Assembly (NCBI GenBank): GCA_963740315.1
Contig: CAVUDP010000001.1
Span: 288,001 to 352,000 of the forward strand
DNA from: an uncultured cyanobacterium
GTDB lineage: Bacteria > Cyanobacteriota > Cyanobacteriia > Cyanobacteriales > Nostocaceae
Length of the DNA: 64,000 bases
Direction of reading: 5' to 3'
Positions 1 to 9,900 of the stretch are shown piece after piece. Each line of letters starts with the position of its first letter. The first letter of the stretch is position 1. The notes below the pieces were generated by a model. It was not told the DNA's origin. It made no database searches and saw nothing but the letters and a program-made list of their open reading frames with translations. The translations under genes and the position numbers were made by a program.

Positions 1-2755
1 CCCATTTACTCAGTACTTTTTCTCGTCGCGACGGTTTTTCAGTGCTTGGTGCAAGTTCCTCTGCTTGAGCAAATACTTCCTGCGCTTTCTCAATCAACCT
101 CGCCTGAGCTAAAACGGATGCCAACTCCTGCAATTCCATTGCCCGTTGCCAGTTATCTTGAATGGTGCTTGTAGATTCTCTTGCATAGGTGAAGAATTCT
201 CTCGCTTCCTCTGTAAATCCAGCTTGGACTAAGGTTTGTGCAAACTCTCGTAATTTTATTGTTAATTCCCAACCTTCTTCAAAGCCATTTTCTGCTTCTA
301 TTGCTTGGCGAAAACTCTTTGTTGCTTCTGTGACATCTTGAGCTTGAACTAGGGCTGTTGCCAAATTCGCTAAAGCATCTGCTAACCCCGAACTTTGTTT
401 GGTCTGTACTAGATTTTTAACTTCAATGAAAACTGCTTTTGCTTGCTCATCAAACTTTACTTGCGACAAAGCTATTGCCAACTTTGGCAGCACATCTATC
501 TGCTGCACGGCTCCCATTATGTGCGCGAGTTTTTCTGCTTCATTCAAAATTAAGCTTGCTTCATTGACTTCTTTTGCCTCAGCTAGAGCAACTGCTAAAC
601 CAATCAACTCCTCTGTCTTAATCCAATTGTCTGTTATTGCATCCGTAACTTCTTTGGCTTTCGAGAAGAATATACTCGCTTCCCGAACATCCCCAACCGT
701 TGATAATCCGACTGCCAATTCACTTAGTGCTTCTGCTTTAGCCCAGTCTTCTTCAATTGTGTCAATCAACTCTTTCACTTTCTCAAAGACAGCAATCGCA
801 TCCTGGGAATATCCTGCTTGATGTAAAGCTACTGCCAATTTTCGTAATACCTTTATTTTCACAAAGGTGTTTTTTATTTCATCTGCAAGTTTTTCAGCTT
901 CGGTGAAGTTGCTAGCTTTCAGTAGGGCTGTTGCAAAATCTAAGAGTGTCTCTGCTTCTAGAGAAACTTTATTAATTAGCTTTGCAACTTCTTTAGCTTC
1001 ATTGAGAACATCTATTGCATCCAAAACAGTAGAACTGTACTGGCTTTTTTCTTCCAGTGCATTAAAAATAGCTATTAAAGCTGTAAACCTGCTATTAAAA
1101 TTCTTGCGTAAACGAGCATAAGCAAGAGCTTCTGTTTCACGTCCTAACAATACTAAAGTTTTAAGATCGATATCTTCATAATTGCTCGAACGCTGGTGTA
1201 CTACTTGCCGCGCTGTGTAAAGCTTGATCAGTGTTAGCAATTGATTTGATTCCAATGGATCGCTGAATTTATTAATCGCTAATTCCAAGTCATTTACATA
1301 TTCTGTATCTCTAAAGAATAACTTAAACTTGCTCTCCATCCACTTTGGCGAACCAGTTAGCAGCGTGTAGAGTTCTTCTTGCCTTTCAGTAGTATCGAGG
1401 TGTTTTGGTAGGTGCAACAACCCATACTTATCTGCATTTGTCCAGTCCACCTCTTCCCAGAATTGAGAATCTTTTTTGTAATAATCAATAATTAACTTAT
1501 GCTGCGTTTGAGCATCACACCAAAAATCGTTGTTACGTTCTTTGTCTAGCAAATAATCCCGGAGAGATTGGTGAAATATGACGTAAATTTCTTTTCCTTC
1601 TTTGTCCTTAACTTCATTTAAGAACTGGCGTACTACCCCCAAGTAATTCCGCAATTGTTCGGGGTTGATACCTGTAAAATTTACCAACTGTTCTTCCGTT
1701 AATGGTTCCTGTGTTACCGTTAACCTTCCCAGGATGGGCTGATACTTGTTTTGCCATTGATCTGTCGTGAAACGCTTGAGGAAGTTGTGGTAAATGTCAT
1801 CAATGTCTTTAGGTAAAGCAGATAAATCATTTATGGATTGTCTTTTTGCTTCAATGTCATTCAGGAGCAACTCCGCGTACAAGAAAATACCGTCTGACGA
1901 TTGTGCAATCTGACGACTGAGGTTTTCAACTGCGACCTTAGATTCTTGTAAAACATTTTGGAGCTTTGTTTCTCGGACTCGTTTCTTAATATACTGGCGG
2001 ATATCGGTGTTACTTTCCTCAGATTTTTCATCCAGATTGTAAGGCTTAAGTAGTTTAAACTCTCGCATTACTCGGTTTTCTGGGCGGGAAGTCATGATAA
2101 AACGTACCCAGGGGGGTAAATCGGAATTAGACAATCCCGCCAACAGCCTAACCAAGTTTGTATCCCCTGTAGTAGTCACAGCTTCATCGAGGGAATCAAT
2201 CAAAATAACTGCTTTGTTAGGTCGTTCCTGTTGCTTGTCAGTATACATCTTCTCCAATTCAGCAAAGGGCGCTCGAATGAGGATATCTAGCTCGTTATCC
2301 GGGTCGCTTTCTTTGAGGTTTTCAATATAAACTGCTGTAAGCTGACTTCCTTTCATAGACTCAATTTGAACATTGACCTCCACTCGCAAATGAACGGGCT
2401 TAATAGTATTCGCCAAAGCTTGTCCGTAGAGTGGTAGGCTTTTTCCTAACTGAGCCGCTAATGACCGAAATATACGACCGGATCTAACGGTTTCCACGTC
2501 CCCTGCTCTACAGAAATGGTAGGCTTTTATGTCTTTGCGAATTTTGGTTAATTGAGCAGCAATGGCGCTTTTGCCAGTCCCCGGTCTCCCAGTCAGAAGA
2601 AAAAAGCGATCGTTTTGTTTATTTTCTTTATTTAACCATTCATCAATTTTGTCGAATATCCAACGTCGTCCAGTGAAATTTTTGGTTAGTTGTTGAATAT
2701 CATGCTCAAAGGGAATAGCAGTAAGATTAGTGACTGGTAATGATGTCATAATCAT
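1..2755 (-). CDS. STAND/NACHT-like NTPase with C-terminal TPR-like helical repeats (3' end runs off the window; absent from ORF track)
   Basis: Manual translation from ATG 2755 or 2749: MIMTSLPVTNLTAIPFEHDIQQLTKNFTGRRWIFDKIDEWL...FFLLTGRPGTGKSAIAAQ (Walker A), later ILIDSLDEA (Walker B) and FIMTSRP; Ala/Glu/Leu-rich helical repeats distally. Confidence 0.85.
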   Translation of the reverse strand, partial: MIMTSLPVTNLTAIPFEHDIQQLTKNFTGRRWIFDKIDEWLNKENKQNDRFFLLTGRPGTGKSAIAAQLTKIRKDIKAYHFCRAGDVETVRSGRIFRSLAAQLGKSLPLYGQALANTIKPVHLRVEVNVQIESMKGSQLTAVYIENLKESDPDNELDILIRAPFAELEKMYTDKQQERPNKAVILIDSLDEAVTTTGDTNLVRLLAGLSNSDLPPWVRFIMTSRPENRVMREFKLLKPYNLDEKSEESNTDIRQYIKKRVRETKLQNVLQESKVAVENLSRQIAQSSDGIFLYAELLLNDIEAKRQSINDLSALPKDIDDIYHNFLKRFTTDQWQNKYQPILGRLTVTQEPLTEEQLVNFTGINPEQLRNYLGVVRQFLNEVKDKEGKEIYVIFHQSLRDYLLDKERNNDFWCDAQTQHKLIIDYYKKDSQFWEEVDWTNADKYGLLHLPKHLDTTERQEELYTLLTGSPKWMESKFKLFFRDTEYVNDLELAINKFSDPLESNQLLTLIKLYTARQVVHQRSSNYEDIDLKTLVLLGRETEALAYARLRKNFNSRFTALIAIFNALEEKSQYSSTVLDAIDVLNEAKEVAKLINKVSLEAETLLDFATALLKASNFTEAEKLADEIKNTFVKIKVLRKLAVALHQAGYSQDAIAVFEKVKELIDTIEEDWAKAEALSELAVGLSTVGDVREASIFFSKAKEVTDAITDNWIKTEELIGLAVALAEAKEVNEASLILNEAEKLAHIMGAVQQIDVLPKLAIALSQVKFDEQAKAVFIEVKNLVQTKQSSGLADALANLATALVQAQDVTEATKSFRQAIEAENGFEEGWELTIKLREFAQTLVQAGFTEEAREFFTYARESTSTIQDNWQRAMELQELASVLAQARLIEKAQEVFAQAEELAPSTEKPSRREKVLSKW

Positions 2756-3306
2756 ATATTTATAACAGTACTATTGTATTTAAATCGAGGATTAACTCAT
2801 TGACAGAAGTCAGAATTAAGCTCTACCGCAAGGAGATAAGCGAAGCTCCACCTTAATTGGTTTCCTTCTACATATTTATAGGTTTGAGCGAAATAAACTT
2901 ATTCACTTTGAATCAGTTTGCTTCTATCCATATATAAATGTCAGCATATAAATGTCAGCGAAAAGAACTAATGCACGTAATCTCCTAGTAGTAATCTGCC
3001 AAGAAATAATTGAGGCATAAAGTCGCTCCTTTCCTCGACAATATGCATCTGACAAATCAGCGGTAAGTCCTCAACCAAGGAAACAACATTACTTTTTCCA
3101 CGGGCTTATTATCAATTTTATAATAAAGTCAGGTAGTTTATTCACTGACTTTTGCTTACTTTATTAAATAGGTGAAATATGAATTTACTTATGCAGTTAG
3201 TAGCAGGACTAAAGTCTAAAAGTTAGTATAATAAACAAATATCCTATTGATTTAAAAATAAGTTAAATAGCACATCTATCAAAAGACAGAATTTATATTA
3301 ATTTAC

Positions 3307-3526
3307 ATGGCAACTTTAACTATTCGTTTACCAGACGAAAAACATCATAGATTGAAAAAACTTGCCGTCTTCTAAAGGTATAAGTATTAATAAGCTGATT
3401 GAAGAACTTTCTACTTTAGCTTTAGCAGAATTTGATGCTAATACAAGATTTAAAGCAATGGCTGCAACTGGCAATCCAGAAGAAGGTTTAAGAATACTGG
3501 CTAAACTTGATGATTTAATAGAATAA
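3307..3526 (+). pseudogene. Frameshifted ribbon-helix-helix/HicB-like antitoxin
   Basis: MATLTIRLPDEKHHRLKKLA, then one extra base near 3366, continuing SSKGISINKLIEELSTLALAEFDANTRFKAMAATGNPEEGLRILAKLDDLIE*; span 220 nt = 3n+1. Confidence 0.7.
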
Positions 3527-3543
3527 TTAAATATTTCAATAAT

Positions 3544-4395
3544 ATGCCAAAAACAGCAGATATCGGCAGCAAACGTTTAATAAGTTTATCCCCAGATGCT
3601 TGGGTAAAGTGGGTAACGCAATCTGCGGAAGTTTCAGCACGAGAAATTCTTGCTTCGGAGTTTCAATGGATTAGCCGGGAAAGCGATGTGGTAGTAAAAG
3701 CTCATCATCCACAAGTTGGTAATTTCTTGGTTTTGAACGAACTGCAATTACGTTACGATAATCGTTCACCAAGAAGAATAAGGGCTTATTCAGCGCTTGC
3801 AGAAGAAAAATATGATTTACCAGTTTACCCAGTATTAATTAACATCTTGCAACCACCGCAAACTGTAGAAATTGTTAGCGGTTATCGATCGCAAGTTTTA
3901 GGATTACAGGCACGTCAAGATTATCAAGTAATTAATTTATGGGAAGTAGATGTACAACTAGTTTTTCAACAATCGCTTTCTTCTTTATTACCTTTTGTAC
4001 CAATACTCAAAGGTGGAAACGAAGTAGCTGTAGTACAGCAAGCGGTACAGCTATTACGTGCCGATGAAAAGTTAAATGAATTAGAACCACTTTTAGCGTT
4101 TTTTGCTAGCTTTGTATTATCAACTCAATTAGTACAGCAAATTATGAGGTGGGATATGACTGTATTGCAGGAATCACCCTGGTATCAGGAGATTTTGAAT
4201 CAAGGAAGAAAACAAGAATTACTTTCAGGAATTGAATTAGGTTTAGAACTTAAATTTGGTTCGGAAGGTTTACAGTTAATGTCAGAAATATCTCAAATTA
4301 AAGATATAGAAGTTTTAACCGCAATTAGGGAAGGTATACGTACAAAAAATAGTTTAGAAGAAATTCGTCAAATTTATCAAGCGGATGAAACCTGA
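3544..4395 (+). CDS. Rpn-family (recombination-promoting nuclease/putative transposase) PD-(D/E)xK protein
   Basis: ADIGSKRLI...RESDVVV...LNELQLR...YPVLINIL and C-terminal ESPWYQEI...GIELGLELKFG typical of cyanobacterial Rpn-like proteins. Confidence 0.8.
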   Translation: MPKTADIGSKRLISLSPDAWVKWVTQSAEVSAREILASEFQWISRESDVVVKAHHPQVGNFLVLNELQLRYDNRSPRRIRAYSALAEEKYDLPVYPVLINILQPPQTVEIVSGYRSQVLGLQARQDYQVINLWEVDVQLVFQQSLSSLLPFVPILKGGNEVAVVQQAVQLLRADEKLNELEPLLAFFASFVLSTQLVQQIMRWDMTVLQESPWYQEILNQGRKQELLSGIELGLELKFGSEGLQLMSEISQIKDIEVLTAIREGIRTKNSLEEIRQIYQADET

Positions 4396-4448
4396 AATTT
4401 TGTTCAAAAAACTGCTTTGTATTATCAACTCAATTAGTACAGCAAATT

Positions 4449-4697
4449 ATGAGGTGGGATATGACTGTATTGCAGGAATCACCTTGGTATCAAGATTTGA
4501 ATCAAGGGGAAATAAAGGGTTTAATTTCAGGAATTGAACTGGGTTTAGAACTTAAATTTGGTTCAGAAGGTTTACATTTAATGTCAGAAATATCTCAGAT
4601 AAAAGATTTAGAAGTTTTAACCGCAATTAGGGAAGGTATACGCACAAAAAATAGTTTAGAAGAAATTCGTCAAATTTATCAAAGGGATGAAACCTAA
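4449..4697 (+). CDS. Stand-alone duplicate of the Rpn C-terminal domain (RpnS-like)
   Basis: Near-identical to the last ~83 aa of 3544..4395; DNA duplication ~4109-4395 vs ~4414-4697. Confidence 0.7.
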   Translation: MRWDMTVLQESPWYQDLNQGEIKGLISGIELGLELKFGSEGLHLMSEISQIKDLEVLTAIREGIRTKNSLEEIRQIYQRDET

Positions 4698-4702
4698 AAA
4701 TT

Positions 4703-4999
4703 TTGGGAAGCCAAATTTTAAATTTTATTGTTGGTGTTGAAACAGCAGAAATTGAATTTGCAAAGTCTGGTAAAACCCTAACTTGGAATTCGGGAGATGG
4801 CACAATATTAGAATTTGCCGAAGCTAACGGAATTAATCCTGCTTTTAGCTGTCGTGTAGGTGTATGTTTAACCTGTAGTTGCAGAATTGAAGAAGGTGAA
4901 GTTGCATATCAGGAAGAGCCTACAGGTACTCCCGATGAGGGTGAAGTTTTGATTTGTATTTCTCAACCGAAGACAGAAAAAATTGATCTCAATCTTTAA
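4703..4999 (+). pseudogene. Isolated 2Fe-2S ferredoxin domain, probably a C-terminal fragment of a reductase
   Basis: FSCRVGVCLTC...LIC plant-type 2Fe-2S motif; only a TTG start directly after the Rpn duplicate. Confidence 0.6.
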
Positions 5000-5101
5000 T
5001 GTAGAGACGCGATATATTGCGTCTGTGTTATATCGCGTCTGTGTTGGTTTTGTTCGCGAAAATTGTAAAATCCAAAATCTAAAAGACTAAATCCAAAACG
5101 A

Positions 5102-5458
5102 CTAACTTTTAGATAAGTTTTGTAATTGAGAATCAACAGCTTTAATATACTCGGAATTATTAATTGTCTCTGAAGATAATCTTCCAGTACTAATTCCATG
5201 TTCAACCAAATCTTTTCCACTAATTTCGCCAAATCTAATCGCTTTTAATAACAAATTATAGCTGGGAACACCTTGTTTTTTAAATTTTCCTTGATAAGCA
5301 AGAGAAACTAAGTTAAATGGAGTAATATTTTGTTGAACCTGGTTTTGAGCAACCTTAAAATTAACAACATTTCTATTCGCCATCGCAGGTGATGTTGCAG
5401 TTGCGATTAAAATTGTTCCAAAAGTAGCTAGTAATAAACGTTCCATGATTTGCTCCAA
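5102..5458 (-). CDS. Secreted hypothetical protein
   Basis: Signal-peptide-like N-terminus (LLLATFGTILIATATSPAMA); ITPFNLVSLAYQG motif familiar from cyanobacterial hypotheticals. Confidence 0.7.
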   Translation of the reverse strand: MEQIMERLLLATFGTILIATATSPAMANRNVVNFKVAQNQVQQNITPFNLVSLAYQGKFKKQGVPSYNLLLKAIRFGEISGKDLVEHGISTGRLSSETINNSEYIKAVDSQLQNLSKS

Positions 5459-5562
5459 TACTGAGTAAGTGTGTGTAAATCAATTTGTTTTCCTTGATTC
5501 TTATCATGCAGCATTTAACTGAGACAGCAATAAATGGTAAATGAGAAGTTTATGAGAAATTT

Positions 5563-6108
5563 ATGAGAAATCTGAATAATACCGCTCTACCGCAACGTAT
5601 TTGTGTAATCGGTACCAGCGGTGCGGGTAAAACAACTTTCGCTCGTCAAGTTTCGCATTCGCTGATGATTCCGCATTTCGAGTTAGATTCTCTTTACTGG
5701 GAAGCGAATTGGATAAGTACACCCTATGATATTTTTCGCGATCGCGTTAAACAATCTTTAGTTGGTAATAGCTGGATTGTTGACGGTAATTACAGCAAAG
5801 TGCGCGATATCGTTTGGGGAAATGCCGATACACTTATTTGGTTGGATTATTCTTTCCCCGTGGTAATGAGTCGGGTTTTGTGGCGAACTTTTCGCAGGGT
5901 AACGACGCAGCAACAAGTCTGCAATGGCAATTATGAGACTTGGAAAAAAGTGTTCTCGCGAGAATCTATTATTTTATGGGCGCTGCAAACCTACCGCAAA
6001 CGAAAAAAAGAATATCCGATTTTAATTAACAAACCTGAATATTCGCATCTCAATGTAGTGCGGTTGACTTCTCCACAAGCTACAAAAGATTGGTTATTGA
6101 CTTTATAA
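5563..6108 (+). CDS. Adenylate-kinase-like P-loop protein (FlaR/topology-modulation family)
   Basis: RICVIGTSGAGKTT, ELDSLYW, WIVDGNY motifs. Confidence 0.8.
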   Translation: MRNLNNTALPQRICVIGTSGAGKTTFARQVSHSLMIPHFELDSLYWEANWISTPYDIFRDRVKQSLVGNSWIVDGNYSKVRDIVWGNADTLIWLDYSFPVVMSRVLWRTFRRVTTQQQVCNGNYETWKKVFSRESIILWALQTYRKRKKEYPILINKPEYSHLNVVRLTSPQATKDWLLTL

Positions 6109-6116
6109 AATTAATT

Positions 6117-6196
6117 GTAGGGTGTTACGGTAAAAGCTAATATTGTTTTAAAGTTACTATTTAAATAACTAGAGTAACGCTCCATCGAATATTGTG
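6117..6196 (+). repeat. GTAGGGTG...GTAACGC(A)CC palindromic repeat (family C), uninterrupted copy
   Basis: GTAG start with inverted ends; homologous to 6696-6905, 23459-23529, 23914-23985, 26671-26702, 40071-40226, 55347-55412. Confidence 0.75.
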
Positions 6197-6261
6197 GTTT
6201 GTTTATGAATTTGAATCGCCTTTATCTATCGTAGAATAATAATCAAATACTAATAATAAAC

Positions 6262-6699
6262 ATGATGGGAGCAGTCATTAAACTTCAATTAAAAAACGCC
6301 ATTGATGAAGAGTTAGTCAATCGTGGTTTACTAGCACCAAATTTACTCCGGCAATTAGAAATAGAAGGATTAGTTGATACAGGTGCAGTTGGGTTGGTTA
6401 TTCCTCAAAGACTTGTGGAAGAATTGGGTTTGAAAATTCGCGGAGAAAAGATATTTCAGCGCAAAAATGGAAGTAAAGAAAGTATAGGAACAACTGAAGC
6501 AGTAATTATAGAATATCAAAGACGAGAAACCGTAAATGAAGCATTAGTTGTAGGAAATGAGGTGTTAATTGGTAGAGTGATTTTAGCAAAGTTGGATTTA
6601 TTAGTCGATTGCAAAAATCATCGATTGATTCCTAATCCAGAACACCCGGATTATCCGGTAGCGATGATTAAAGGTTTACGTTTGTTTAGTAAATTGTAG
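6262..6699 (+). CDS. Clan AA (retropepsin-like) aspartic protease
   Basis: GLVDTGA catalytic motif and LIGRVIL..LDL. Confidence 0.85.
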   Translation: MMGAVIKLQLKNAIDEELVNRGLLAPNLLRQLEIEGLVDTGAVGLVIPQRLVEELGLKIRGEKIFQRKNGSKESIGTTEAVIIEYQRRETVNEALVVGNEVLIGRVILAKLDLLVDCKNHRLIPNPEHPDYPVAMIKGLRLFSKL

Positions 6700-6740
6700 G
6701 GTGTGTTACGGTACGAATTAATATTATTTTAAGATTACTA

Positions 6741-6867
6741 AGTAAGTTGGCGTTAAAAAATCAAGGTATGTCATTGCGAGTGGAACGGAGTGAAACGAAG
6801 CAATCCCAGAGGTTTGATGATTGTTTACATCCTGTTACATGATTCGGTTTATTTGTGCCGACTTACT
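6741..6867. mobile_element. 127-bp MITE with TA target duplication inserted in a family C repeat
   Basis: TIRs AGTAAGTTGGCG / TGCCGACTTACT (10/12); TA at 6739-40 and 6868-69; empty site visible at 6158-59. Confidence 0.7.
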
Positions 6868-6971
6868 TATTTAAATAATGCCGTAACGCACCATCGAATA
6901 TTGTGAAAGATTGAGGAGTAAAAAACCGCAGAGACGCAGAGAGCGCTGAGGGAAGAGATGGGGAGAAATGG

Positions 6972-9900
6972 TTATTTTTTATTCCATTCTTGCAATTTTT
7001 TCTGAGCAAATTCTCGTAACTGCTCATCGGGATCATTTTCTGCGCGATCGCGTAGCAAGGGTAATGTTTTAGGATAATTAGGGTAGTTTTCGAGAATTGC
7101 TTGTAGTGCTGTTTGACGAGGATTACAATTAGGATTACGGATAAACGAAAAAAATAATTCAAAGGAATTATTGGCAGCAATATCATATATGAAGTTATAA
7201 ATATCAAGAGTGAGTTGCCAACTTTGAATTAATTCTTGCATCAGCGTCTCTCTAAGGTAATCTTTAATTAAATCATCATTTTCAAGCTGACAACATTCTA
7301 TAAGTACACTTAAAATATTTTGATCGTCCTTCCAGTTACTAGCTAATTCTTTAATTACTACAGTTTTATCTATATCATTATTATTAAACAGAAGTAGCTT
7401 TTTCAGCATTGGTAAAGTATCGGGGTCATTTTTCCAACCCTGCACTAATTCTTGTAATGCTATAGTTTTTAAATGATAATTAGCACCATAATAAACTAGA
7501 TTTTTCAGCATTGGTAAAGTATCGGGGTCATTTTTCCAACCTTTAACTAATTCTTGTAATGCTATAGTTCTTAAATGATAATTAGCATCAGAAAAAACTA
7601 GATTTTTCAGCATTGGTAAAGTATCGGGGTCATTTTTCCAACCTTTAACTAATTCTTGTAATGCTATAGCTCTTAAATGATTATTAGCATCAGAAAAAAC
7701 TAGATTTTTCAGCATTAGTAAAGTATTGGGGTCATCTTTCCAACCCTGCACTAATTCTTTTAATGCTACTTTCTGTATTGTTTCTATTTGATCAACTCTG
7801 ACTACATTATCATCATCAAAATAGTCACTATCGTCAGTTAAATTATTTAGCCTATTTACTTCAAATGTAGTAGTATCTATTAGCTTTTTAAGTGAAGGTA
7901 AAGTTTTTGGATGTGTTTTAAAATCTGTTGTAATCCATGAAATAAGTTTAATACAAATCTTATCAAAGTCAAATGCAATTCCGTTGTATTCTTGAATTAT
8001 ATCATTAATAGATTCAAAAATAAATTTAAATAGTGAATGTACAATTGAATTGAGATTAGAAGGATTTTTTACTTGTTTAAAGCATTCATTTGCTACTCCC
8101 ATGTTAATAAAATCATCACCAATTCCGTCTTGCTCAATCAAAAACTCAATAATCTCCCCCACAAACTTCGCGTCTATCATCCCCGCAATCAATGTTAAAA
8201 TCTCATGCCAGTCTCCATCCCACCAGTGTTTACCAAACACTTCCGACTTCAACCGATCAATACTTAAAGTTTGTGTTTCTTTAAACTGCCAAACAAACTC
8301 CCAAGCACAGAAATATTCTAAAAAAGTCCGATGTACAAAAGCATAGTAATCTGCACCCAGATAACACAACATAAAATTGCGCGATCGCAGTTGATTTATC
8401 ATTAATCTAGCGGCTTCTCTTGGTTTATCAACTTCTATAGTTTTCAAATAATCTTTGAGAATCCGTTCTAAATCGCTTTCTTTAATCAAATTACCATTCT
8501 TACCTTTTTCGCTGGTTTGCATAAAGTAAGCAACTTGACGCAACATTGCCTGTTTATCTTTATAATCAATCGTCTTGGGATCTAATCTTTTATCTTCCAC
8601 TAAAGCCCGCTCTACATCCCATTGATGCAGCAATACTCTTGATGCTTGGTTGTAAAGTTCGGCTCTATCTCTTGGTAATTCTTGGTTGCGGTTGAGAATT
8701 GCCATCATTGTTAACAATAAAGGATTTCCAGCTAATTCTCGAATCGCTTTTGAATTCTCAATTCCTTTTTGCAATCGTTCTTTTTTTCTGACTTTATCCG
8801 CTTCGTCATTAAAAGTTAATTCATGCCAGCGATCGATGAAATCTTGAATTTGTTCTGTTTCTAAATCTTGCAGCATGAAATGCTTAAATTCAGCATCGCG
8901 TAATCTTTGAGCTTTATAACCAATAAGGCGAGAAGTGACAATTACCTGTACGTCTGGATATTCATTTGTAAAGCGATGGATATCTGTAATTACATCTTCT
9001 CTTTTCCCAGTGTCGAATACTTCATCTAATCCATCAAACATTACCAATACGTTACCAGTTTTAAGTTGTGTGTGTAGTTGATGTTGATTTAAATGATGTA
9101 CGGCACCGCTACATTTATGGAAAAATTCGAGAAAATTATTGCATTCTTTGTCATCTCGTCGTCGCATATAGGTACGCAATTCAATTAATAACGGTATTGG
9201 TTGAGAAATTGTGTTACTTAAAGGTGATTCTGCCCAATTTAATGCTAAATATTGTAATAATGTAGATTTTCCGGAACCTGGATTGCCTAAAATAACTGTA
9301 TATTTATAAGTTTGTTTTTCGTTAATAATTTCTAAAACAGAACGTATGGGTTGCTCCTCATAAATTCTTTTAAAACGTGATTTTGCTTGCTGGCTTTGTT
9401 GCAATCGTTTTAAATATTCTTTCGGTAACTCGTGAATGGGTAAAACTTCATTTACCTCCCGCACGTTTTGAACGATAAACATTCCCCATAGCTTCAGTTG
9501 GTTATAGGCATAACCGCTAGTATCTAAACTTTCTAATTTAAGTTTACCGTATCGCTCTTTAATTCCTTCCTGATATCCTAATAAATCAAAATCTGGGATA
9601 ATTCCGGCAGTTGCTTGAGTATTATCTTTAATTGCTTCCAAATTTTGCGAATCAAAAATTACTCTAAGTTTATCTGAATCTCGAATAATTGCTTTAACTT
9701 TTTTTAGATAGCGTAACCCCAGTTTTTTCCAATCAAACTCATTTGGTAAAGCTGATAAATCTAATTCATACCACTTACTTTCTAATGTCTTAGTATCTAA
9801 AGTTTCGCATTCATACTTAAAAGCACTTCCTAAAATCTCTTTAACATCTTTGTTGTGAATAAAGGTTTTGAAAGGCTTAACAAACTGCTTCAATTCTTCA

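Noticed and set aside
399..2330. Plus-strand ORFs 399..821, 867..1121 and 2094..2330
   Set aside because: Antisense shadows of the long minus-strand STAND gene
2932..2959. 14-bp direct repeat ATATAAATGTCAGC x2
   Set aside because: A single local duplication with no further support as an operator or att site
4109..4697. Possible DGR template/variable repeat pair
   Set aside because: Differences include an indel and are not restricted to adenines; no reverse transcriptase in the window
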